Positions 55,024-64,000 of a stretch of 64,000 nt of DNA are shown here, one piece after another. Position 1 is the stretch's first letter, and the number at the start of each line of letters is the position of its first letter. The stretch is taken from NCBI GenBank assembly GCA_973895155.1, contig OZ316894.1:929968-993967 (forward strand), in the 5' to 3' direction. The position numbers were made by a program, and so were the translations under genes. The notes under the pieces are model-generated. The model had not been told where the DNA came from and ran no database searches. It saw nothing but the letters and a program-made list of their open reading frames with translations. This DNA comes from Marsupella aquatica (Eukaryota > Plantae > Marchantiophyta).

Positions 55024-55468
55024 GTGTTGGTTGCTTCCCGTTGTTGCTACTGTCTCACCAGAGGTGAAGATGAGACAGAATAGAAAGTTCATAGTCACCT
55101 TGACCGAACATGAGGATGGGGCTTATGTTTTGTCTTGGCAGGATCCTGCACATGTTGATGGTTCTCCACCCACCGTCCGACCTGTCACAATTGAAGAGGT
55201 TGAAGCAGACTTTCCAGAATTTTGTAAAACAATCAGAGATTGTCATTCTGATCTGAATCCTGTAGTTGATTTGAAGTAGTTCATCATGTGTGCTGCCTAC
55301 AGTTATGCAGAGAGTGTAATGAAAAGGAAGCGATTCCAAGTGTACACGCACTTGGCTTATGTTGCAGGCTTTTCTGATATAACCAAGTTTCCAGAAGCTG
55401 TTGAAGCTTCTGTCAAAGCAACGTGGCATGATGAAGGGGAAGAATTTGTAGGTTTTATCCCCAATTAG
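55024..55468 (+). pseudogene. Disrupted coding exon of probable transposon origin, with a possible P2X7 ballast-like C-terminal motif
   Basis: Two in-frame ORFs (54977-55279 and 55286-55468) are separated by one TAG. The sequence ends KRKRFQVYTHLAYVAG...KFPEAVEASVKATWHDEGEEFVGF. The family call is by eye only. Confidence 0.4.
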
Positions 55469-55659
55469 TGATACAGAGTTCCAATTAGTGAGTTAGAGTC
55501 TACTGCTGAATTTCAGGTTGTGTTGAAACTTTTATGTATCACTAATAAACTTGTTTGCAGAATACAACTCCTGCTGGTTGGCAGCATAAAGGGGTTCAAT
55601 TCCTCTTGGGAGTACATATTATGGCACAAACTAGCTCAATACCCGTGCGTTGCACAAAA

Positions 55660-55990
55660 GAAGTCGTGGTGGCTAAGATGTCGTGTCGGCCAAGATATCG
55701 TTGAGAAAAAACAATGTGTTGGCCAAGATGTCGTTGAGAAAAAAAGATGTCGTGTCCGCCAAAAAGTCGTGTAGAGAAAAGATGTCATGCCGGCCAAGCG
55801 GTCGTGAAGAGAAAAGATGTTGTGTCAGCCAAGAGGTCGTGGAGAGAAAAGATGTCATGCCGGCCAAGCGGTCGTGGAGACAAAAGATGTTGTGCCAGCC
55901 AAGAGGACGTGGAGAGAAAAGATGTCGTGCCGGCCAAGAGGTGTTGAGAGAAAAGATGTTATGCTGCCCAAGAAGTTGTTGAGAAAAAAT
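55660..55990. repeat. Helitron 3' subterminal minisatellite, about 9 units of 35 bp
   Basis: Unit AAAAGATGT(C/T)(A/G)TG(C/T)C(G/A)GCCAAG(C/A)GGTCGTGGAGAG, for example at 55777, 55812, 55847, 55882 and 55917. Confidence 0.9.
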
Positions 55991-56159
55991 TTGGCTAAGT
56001 ATAAAAATGTTGTGAGTACAATATGGTCAATAAGTAAAACATGTCATAATTAGTCAAAGACATTATGAAGTAAAAGATGTTGTTAATACAAAAGTGAAAG
56101 AATAACATTCACACTTGATACATTTTGAAGAGAATACACATGATGAGGTCTTTATTGAT

Positions 56160-59100
56160 TTAGTAGAGAACTTCATCATATACAACATTTTTGGTCAACT
56201 TTGCTTCTCCATCTTCATCGTCTGGAAGTAACACTTTTATCCTTGTGGACATGTTGCTCTTGAAAAGGCAACATACAATTGACCATGACTGAAAACCGAC
56301 TTAGAAAGTTGCAATCCTACATGTTCTAAAGTCTGACCTTGTGCCTTATTAATAGTCATGGCATATGCCACTCGAACCGGGAATTGGACTCTTCGCAGCA
56401 TGAAAGGAAGTCCGTCATCTGACGTCAACGGAATACGTGGTATGAACGTTATGTTCCCTGCATGTTTGCCTGCAAGAACCCGCGCCTCTATGACACGACT
56501 ATTGATTGTACGTACTATGAGTCGTGTCCCGTTACATAATCCTGTAGTGAAGTCAACATTACGTAAAAGAATAACAGGGCATCCAACCTTAAGCACCAGC
56601 TTGTGCGGAGGCAAACCGCTGGGTGTTAGCGTATTCAAGAACTCAGTAGGGTAAAAGTCACGTCCTTCCAATTGATCGAGGCGATCTATACTTAAGAAGG
56701 TGTGCGCATCTCCTGCGAGCCCTTCTAATATTGAACTGTTGATCTTCTGCGCCTCCTCGTTCGTTGGCGCCAATATTGTTCTCTCGCTTAGGAACTTGTC
56801 ATCAATATTCTCCAATGATGGATAAATTGCACGAATCAAGGAGTCGGTGTCAACAATGCTCTCCGTCATGGATGGCGGGACCATAATCATGTTATTTAAT
56901 GCTCCTTGCTTTGGCAATTTATCATCCCCAACTTGAAGGAGCCATTCTTGGAAAGTCTGGTTCCCAAACTCAATTGAAGTGGATGTACCCCGCGCACGCA
57001 TATTCTCCATAAGCTTGAATGTTTTCACAGAGTGCCAAATGTGAGATTTCTTCAAGCATCCTCCCACAATCTGCGCACGGCTTGCTCTTGCTTTCACTGG
57101 CAACACTTGTCGAAAGTCCCCTGCAAATGCAACTACTAGCCCCCCAAACTTTCTGTTGTCTTCTCTTATGTCGCGAAGTGTCCTATCAAGCGCCTCCATA
57201 GCATGTCGATGAACCATAGGCGCTTCATCCCACAGAATGAATGTTGTCCTTTGCAACAATTCAGCAAGCTCCGTTTGCTTCTTCACGTTGCATAGTGATT
57301 GAGCATCGGGATTGAGAGGAAGCTTAAACCTTGAATGTGCTGTGCGACCTCCATCCAACAACAAACCTGCAATTCCCGAAGAGGCCACAGCCAACGCTAC
57401 GTCCCCATCAGCCCGCACCCTACATAGAAGAACATTCTCCACAAAGGTCTTCCCTGTCCCTCCTGGCCCATCTATGAAGAATGTGGAAGCCTCACGACCC
57501 CGAACCACCTCCAACATTCAACAACGGCTCCTGCTCAGCCAATTGTTGTTCCAAATCCTCTTGGCGATAGGACATCTCCTCCCGTATCAATTGATTGGTG
57601 TTCGCCAGATCTTCACAAAACTATTCTGAAGGGAGGGGCAACCCAAATTCACCCAACGTCTTCCCTTGGGTGTGCAATGCCTGTCCAATTAAATACAATG
57701 CGAAGCTCCTTTGTTGTTCTTCCGAGGGTTCAAGAAAACCCATGTTGAGAAGGCGATGACAACAATCATCACTCAACTTTGAAGCGTAACTTGTCCACAG
57801 ATCACAGGGTTGTGTGGGGCCGCCAAAGATGAGGATGGTGATGAACAACCATCGAAGTTGTGAGCCGGTCTGCATGAGGCCCGCCTCGCCAAGACACCTA
57901 TCCCACTCTTCATCATTCTCGTAAAATCCACGCGCGAGGGCGGCCTCTTTGAACGTTGGATGCACCACGTTCTCAAAAGTTCGAAGATCTTCAAAACTTT
58001 GAGCCCCAGTGACAACAATCAAGAGGGCTCGCAAATAATATTTCTCCCCAGCCGATGGTGCCACAAAGTACATTCGCCCAATGCTAAACCCTTGCTGACG
58101 CGGAGACCATTTCCGTAGAGCCTTGTTCCACGTCCATTCTTGAGGAAAATTAGTGTACGTGACATGGCGTGCCAATTCAAACATTGCATTTGTCTTGAAC
58201 CATCCTGTCAAAGTGGTGTCCCTGTCCGACTCCCTTTCAACCACGTCTATGATGTCTGCATCTTCATTGAACATCATGGCCTGCTCCCTTTCACAATGCA
58301 CTTGGAGACGTTGGACAGAAGTACTACTCTCTGCCATCTTAAATTGGAAAATCCGCCACGTCCCTTCCGCCGCAGACACGTAACGGGCATCCAGATGTGT
58401 TTTGATTTCATCCCGTGACTCTCCAACTTCCACCGTCGCCCGATCATGCCCCTTATATACATACTTGTATAAGTACTTAATCGCCTTAATGGAACAACAA
58501 ATCTCCACGTTAATATGAGCATTGTATTTCATGCTCAAGTATGGGCTATAGGGAACAACCCACCTGTTGTCAAACCTAAATCCATTACTGTCCTTGCTGA
58601 ATGACTGGCCATTGTCTCTTCTCCGATACAAAGGATAGCCTCCGTCCCCAAATTGTGTCTCTGAGGAGAATTCGCGAGGATATTTCTTAGTGCACTTCCC
58701 ATCTTCCATGCAAGGCGATTTTGGATAACCTATGCCACATGGACCATGGACCATGCACTTGGTTATCGTCTCATGAAGTCGTGGATATTTTACTCTATCT
58801 GGGATCTCTGCACACACCAACTCATCCACCTCGTCAGGGGTGCGAATCTTGTGCTGCCCTGCCAAAATGATCAACATGTGGGCATGGGGCAACCCACGCT
58901 TTTGGAACTCTATGACATACATAGAGGCAACGGGCCTTCCTAAGACCCCTTGGCGAACCTCTGCTAACAACGCCCTTAGCTTCAGTTTGAAGCATCGTGC
59001 CACAATCTCATCCCGGTCGGCTGGACTTTGAACCTCATAGCACTCAGCTTTGATCTCCGGCCATTCTGGATTGCAAGTGAACGTGATGAAGAGATCTGGC

Positions 59101-61293
59101 GGGCCGTATGTGCGTATGACAGCCATGGCATCCTGGTATGCTTGGGCCATGCTACGTGCGCTACCGCCATAAGTCGAGGGCAGGATGAAAGTCTTTCCCA
59201 ACTCACTTGCGCGTGCATCTCCCTCGTGCACGGCATCTTGAAGACCCGAATATAGGTCAGTCCGCAATTTTCGTTGATTATTGTGAATATACGTCAAGCG
59301 TGTTTGATCGATGCATGCGTAGGCATCAACAATGTACTGCTTTAGGAGCCGCCCACCACGAAGGAGCCAATCATCATTGCATCGTGCATGAAGATGGTAT
59401 GCAAAGTATTGTAGTTGGGTGACCTTCTTGGACCCGTTACGTCCACTCCTTGCCCCGGTAACAGCTTGATGAAGAACCCCGTCACTCATTTCAAAACCCG
59501 TCAACGGGATATCATATGACCATCCGTCTTGGCCTCGCGGGAAAAGAAGAACATAGTGGAGTGGTGCATAAGACCTATGCCACTCAGAGATCCTGCGCAA
59601 ATGCCCATCTGTTTGCCTAAGGATGATGTCCCTATGGCATACCTCTATATCTTCATCACCCACCATGACGACGCCGATCTCATCAGCCGTGGGCTTGTTA
59701 TAACGTCTTGGATCACTGTCGCGCTCGGCCAGGAGGCGTAAAGATACCTCTGGCACATCGCCCCCCTCGATCCGACTTCCTGCATTCTTAAATAGATGAA
59801 CATATCCATTATGTTCATGCAACATGTCTTGTAGTTGACCCAATATCCTTGGATCCAAGTGCGGCATTCGGTTGAGCCTGCAACAAAAGCAATTAGAACC
59901 ACTTGGGTTGGAGATATATGAAAATATACCTAAGCAAGATGGAAGAGCAAGTGGTCATGGGATTGGGGAAGGTACCTATTCCCCACTTCATTGGCGGTGT
60001 CGTAAATGTACAATTGCGCAAATTTGGGTCCTTCTCCTATAGGGGGCAAAAGGCTTCCCGCAAGATGGTACAACGCTCCTTGAATACGAAAGGAATAAGG
60101 TCCTCGACTATTATTGTGTTCATCCACTTTTGCACCAATGGAGGTAAACGCCAAGGCATTGTTATAACCTCTTATGTTGTCGCGGAAATTCTTCCCAACA
60201 TTGTCTTGCCTTGTAAGCAAGCTTCGCAGAGGCTCGGGTGGGGCACCAAAAGGAGGCAATTTCACCTTGCCGTCCGCACAATAGGCACTAAAAAGGGGAT
60301 TGTTTTCGGTGCCCTTTTTGCATTCCTGAAGCCAATGAAGTGCCCCACATGTGTGGCAAACCACGTCCATACGCCCCAAACCATGTCGGGCCAAATGAGG
60401 ATCCAACGGCCTTCGCGCCTTTGGAAGATGACTGATTAGTTGTGCCCTCCGTCTTCGTCGCGCTATTTCTTCTTCGCTCTGCAATGCAGGTGTGACTGGT
60501 GCAGCTGCCAAACTCTCCTGGACTTCAGACATAACATCAGGCCCTACATCCGGTTCCCTTTCTCCACTTGACAGCTCCAAGGTCCCCTCAACAAAAGTGT
60601 CAAATTCATCATCCCCATCGTTGACATAATCTTCCTCAACGTCATATAATTCCCCCACCGCATGTTGATCAAACCCGCCATCCATTGCCCCATTGATGAG
60701 CCACTCCTCATCAAACAAATGAGTTTCAGTGTGAGTGTGCACCCGAGTGTGCATCGGTTCCTCCGGCGGAAATCAATCCCCCCATCATCCAACGCCCCAT
60801 TGATAAGCCACTCCTCATCATAGAGGCAAGGTTCCGGTTGAACATGTGATGCTGCCTCATAGGACGCGTTGGAGGCTAACTCCAATGGAGGATGGTGAAT
60901 CTGACTTTCATCCAAAGCACCTTGAATGAGCCATCCTTCATCAAATACATGTGGGTCACAGGGAACCATGGGTTGGCAGACCGATGTGCTCGGATCACCA
61001 ACACTAATATTGGAAATGGCATGGGGCCTTTCCAATGCTTGCCCTTGGCCCCGAGCCTCACGACGAAGCTGTCTCCCACTGTTCATACGCCCAACCAAGT
61101 TTGGTTGAGCGCTTGCCTCTGCCCGAACCCCATCAGTTGGAGCCCCCGGCGCAGCCCCTCCATTATTTCCAACCACCCCATTTTGTTGTTGCCGATGCTG
61201 TGCTCGCCTCGCCCTCCGCCTTTCATTAATGGCGCCTTTGTTTTTGGCGTACCTCTCACGCCGAGCCGCCAATACCTGGTCGGGAGGAGGCAT
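56160..61293 (-). pseudogene. Helitron RepHel gene (Zn finger, Rep HUH endonuclease, PIF1 helicase) with disabling lesions
   Basis: Zn finger CHTCGALHW. Rep motifs PDLFITFTCNP, EFQKRGLPHAH and KYLYKYVYKG. Helicase motifs GPGGTGKT, WDEAPM, GDFRQVLPV, MTINKAQGQT and HGQLYVAFSR. One intron at 59975..59878 (GT-AG, phase 2). Lesions are a frameshift near 60770, a stop at 57621, a deletion/frameshift near 57520 and a frameshift near 56240 before ...LTKNVVYDEVLY*. Confidence 0.92.
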
Positions 61294-61630
61294 GTTGGCA
61301 ATGGTACCCTCAACATAAGAAAGCCCTAATTACTCCATGCTCACGCCCATAGTCCGTTGTCTGCATCCAACGCACATATTTTGTTAGTCATTCTAATTTA
61401 AATGAGTCATTCAAATTTACATGCCCCATTCCAAGCTTGACAAACCCTAAGTAAGTTGAACGCCGGTTGGAGGACACCATCGCAAGAGACATGGGATATT
61501 AGAAGGTGCCCAATATCCGTCAAGGATACATCCTATAAGGGCCCCCTCATCCCGCCCACCCACCCAACCTTGGCGACGTTCCTCCTACTTCCAGGAGTTG
61601 TGCCTCTTGCCCCTAAGTTAACCCATGTTT

Positions 61631-62410
61631 GCTTACTTGGCTTTGACCGCCCCTATGCCAAGACCCCTTGGGGCAATGGCACGGCTTGGCCAACTTTTCA
61701 ACTAAACATTTCGCCACTCCTTGCATGATCCCCAAACCCAATTGGTAACCCCAAAGTTTTGGTGACTTAAAGTTGATTAACTGAAAGTCGCCGCGACCGC
61801 TTACTTGGCTTTGGCCGCCCCAATGCCGAGACCCCTTGGGGAAACAACACGGCTCGACCGACTTTTCAATGGGCCTTTTTCCTACCCCTTGCATCCCCAA
61901 ACCCCATTGGTAACCCCAAAGTTTTGGTGACTTAAAGTTGATTAACTGAAAGTCGCCATGGCCGCTTACTTGGCTTTGGCCGCCCCAATGCTGAGACCCC
62001 TTGGGGCAACGACACGGCTCGGCCGACTTTTCAACGGGCCTTTTTTCCTACCCCTTGCATCCCCAAACCCCATTGGTAACCCCAGATTTTTGGTTACTTT
62101 AAGCATTTAACTTAAAGTCGACGTGGCCGCTTACTTGGCTTTGGCCGCCCCAATGCCGAGACCCCTTGGGGAAACGACACGGCTTGGCCGACTTTTCAAC
62201 GGGCCTTTTTTCCTACCCCTTGCATCCCCAAACCCCATTGGTAACCTCAAAGTTTTGGCTACTTTAAGCGTTTAACTTAAAGTCGCCGTGGCCGCTTACT
62301 TGGCTTTGGCCGCCCCAATGCCGAGACCCCTTGGGGCAACGGCATGGCTTGGCCGGTTTTTCAACATGCCTTTTTCCTACCCCTTGCATCCCCCAACCCC
62401 ATTGGTACCT
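61631..62410. repeat. Tandem array of about 4.7 units of 165 bp inside the Helitron
   Basis: GCTTACTTGGCTTTG(G/A)CCGCCCC starts at 61631, 61799, 61964, 62129 and 62294. Confidence 0.95.
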
Positions 62411-63099
62411 CGTCCAAGCTTACTCGGCTCCTTACTCGCCAACGCCACACTCCCTTGGGGTGGTGGTGTGGTTTGCAACACTTTCCAACTTGGATGCTTG
62501 AGAGGAGGTGGTCCCCTCATATATGCTTCTGGGGATTTTTCACTGTGGACCACAATTACTCCTAATATTTTGGCCCCCAACCCATGCGTTTTTGAGGTTT
62601 AAAATGGGTGGCAAGTGATCACGGCAGGGCCGCGGGCTCGGCGGGGAGTTTGAACCATTGGAAGCAAGGACAGGAGTTCACTTAGGGCCGAGTACACCTG
62701 GCCTGAAACTGGTTGTTGTTCAGTGCGCCTGGACCAAACACCCCAGAGTGGCCCGGCCGGTGGCACTTCATGCGCCTGGACCCAACTGGTTTCGAGCAAG
62801 CACGCCAGGAGTCGCGGAGGGCGGTTTGGCGGGGAGGAATGGCAGCGGCGCTCATCAGTCCATGGTCCAGGCAAGTCGGGGCCGTGTGGCTCTGCTTGCG
62901 AGGGCGAGTCAAAGGCCGCAACTCAATGACTGTGACTAATTTGGGCCCAGGCGCGGAGCGGCAAGCCCAGGAGGAGCGAAGGGCCCGAGTAAAAAAATGG
63001 CAGAGTTGAGGGGCAAGTCGGGGCACGGAGGGAGGAAGGGAGAGACGGCGACTCGCAGGCGAGTGGTCAGCCGACGAAGGCAAGGAATCACCCTGTCAC

Positions 63100-63470
63100 A
63101 GGTGCGAGTCAGTCCAGGCGTGGGGGAAAACTGAGTTGTGGCCGCACGCGCGTCAGCCGTCAGTCCACAGAGGGGAGTCGCAGAGGTGGAGGGTAGTCGT
63201 AAGCAGGAGGGGGTCGCAAGAGGAGGGAGGCGAGTTGGGAGGGAGGCGGAGGCGAGTTGGGAGGGAGGCGAGTTGGGAGGGAGGCGAGGTGCGAGTCAGT
63301 CCAGGCACGGGGGAAAACTGAGGTGCGGCCGCGCACGCGTCAGCTGTCACTCCACGGAGGGGAGTCGCAGAGGTGGAGGGTAGTCGTGAGCAGGAGGGGG
63401 TTGCAAGAGGAGGGAGTCGCGAGGAGGGAGTCGCGAGCAAGAGGAGGGAGGCGAGTTGGGAGGGAGGCAC
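63100..63470. repeat. GC/purine-rich duplicated block of about 185 bp with GGCGAGTTGGGAGGGA subrepeats, in the Helitron 5' region
   Basis: GGTGCGAGTCAGTCCAGGC...GGGGAAAACTGAG...GGGGAGTCGCAGAGGTGGAGGGTAGTCGT occurs at about 63101 and 63288. Confidence 0.85.
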
Positions 63471-64000
63471 ATCGCGATGGCAAGGCGAGAGGGGGTGACC
63501 ATGGTGAGGCAGGGAGACCCGAGGCGGGGGTCCGAAGGCGCAGGAGACCCGAGGCAAAGCAAGGCGGGGGTCGCGAGGCGGTGGGAGGCGCGGCAGTGGG
63601 AGGGCCAGAGGTGCAAGGGGTGGTGCGGGTTGCGAGGGAGAGCGAGAAAGGAAGGGAGGGCGAGGAGGGAATCGTGGGGGAGAGCCCGGGACTTCATCGC
63701 GGCACAGTTGCCAAGGAGAGTCGGAGTGAGGCAGGCCAGCAAGGTGGTAGTCAGAGCGTCGCGGCGAAAGAAGGGTGGCACGGCGTTGCAGCGACAGAAG
63801 GGTGTCACGGCAAGTCGGGAACATAGCGGCGAGGAGTAGTGGGTCGTCGTCTTTTTTCCCTTTATTGCTTTCATCTTTTTGTTTCCAATTTTTTCACCCA
63901 CCAAATTCAAATGACGACCACGGGAAAAAAGGGCGCAACGTTGTATTATAGTTTCTGATACCTCCCAACAGAGATACCAAAGTTGATCTAACCTTGTCTG

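Larger units (their letters stand above)
55631..63958 (-). mobile_element. Helitron, about 8.3 kb, autonomous-type but degenerate
   Basis: The 3' end on the minus strand is hairpin GTGC-AAC-GCAC, then GGGTATTGAG, then CTAG|T at 55631. A candidate 5' end A|TCAGAAACTATAATAC lies at 63958 and is less certain. The element encodes RepHel. Confidence 0.88.

Noticed and set aside
55660-55990. 35-bp periodic array as a CRISPR array
   Set aside because: The units are contiguous with no unique spacers, there are no cas genes, and the context is a eukaryotic Helitron.
62599-63910. Several 100-220 aa ORFs on both strands
   Set aside because: They are by-products of GC-rich repetitive sequence and give low-complexity translations with no domain.
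53540-63958. Fanzor/TnpB cargo in or beside the Helitron
   Set aside because: No RuvC catalytic motifs or paired CxxC Zn ribbon are recognisable in any ORF.

Overview
Eukaryotic, intron-containing land-plant nuclear DNA. A bryophyte or liverwort origin is my inference from gene style, not proven. Four host genes are supported: an intronless ENT1-type nucleoside transporter (1903-3210, -), a very large JASON-family gene (about 6753-12994, -), a five-exon U2B''/U1A-type spliceosomal RRM gene (23386-25642, +) and a two-exon Bet v 1/SRPBCC-fold gene with long low-complexity tails (36437-38070, -). The right end holds a degenerate, apparently full-length Helitron of about 8.3 kb (55631-63958, -) with Rep-HUH and PIF1 helicase domains and internal 35-bp and 165-bp tandem arrays. 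The intergenic space contains copia-type solo LTRs, MITEs, a tRNA-derived SINE family (including tandem arrays of its Pol III head), a short SSU rRNA fragment and many local duplications. The strongest leads are a duplicated AUGCAC stem-loop in the U2B''/U1A 3' region resembling a U1A autoregulatory element, a P2X7 ballast-like remnant beside the Helitron, and tandemly amplified tRNA-like promoter units. No CRISPR or prokaryotic system is seen.
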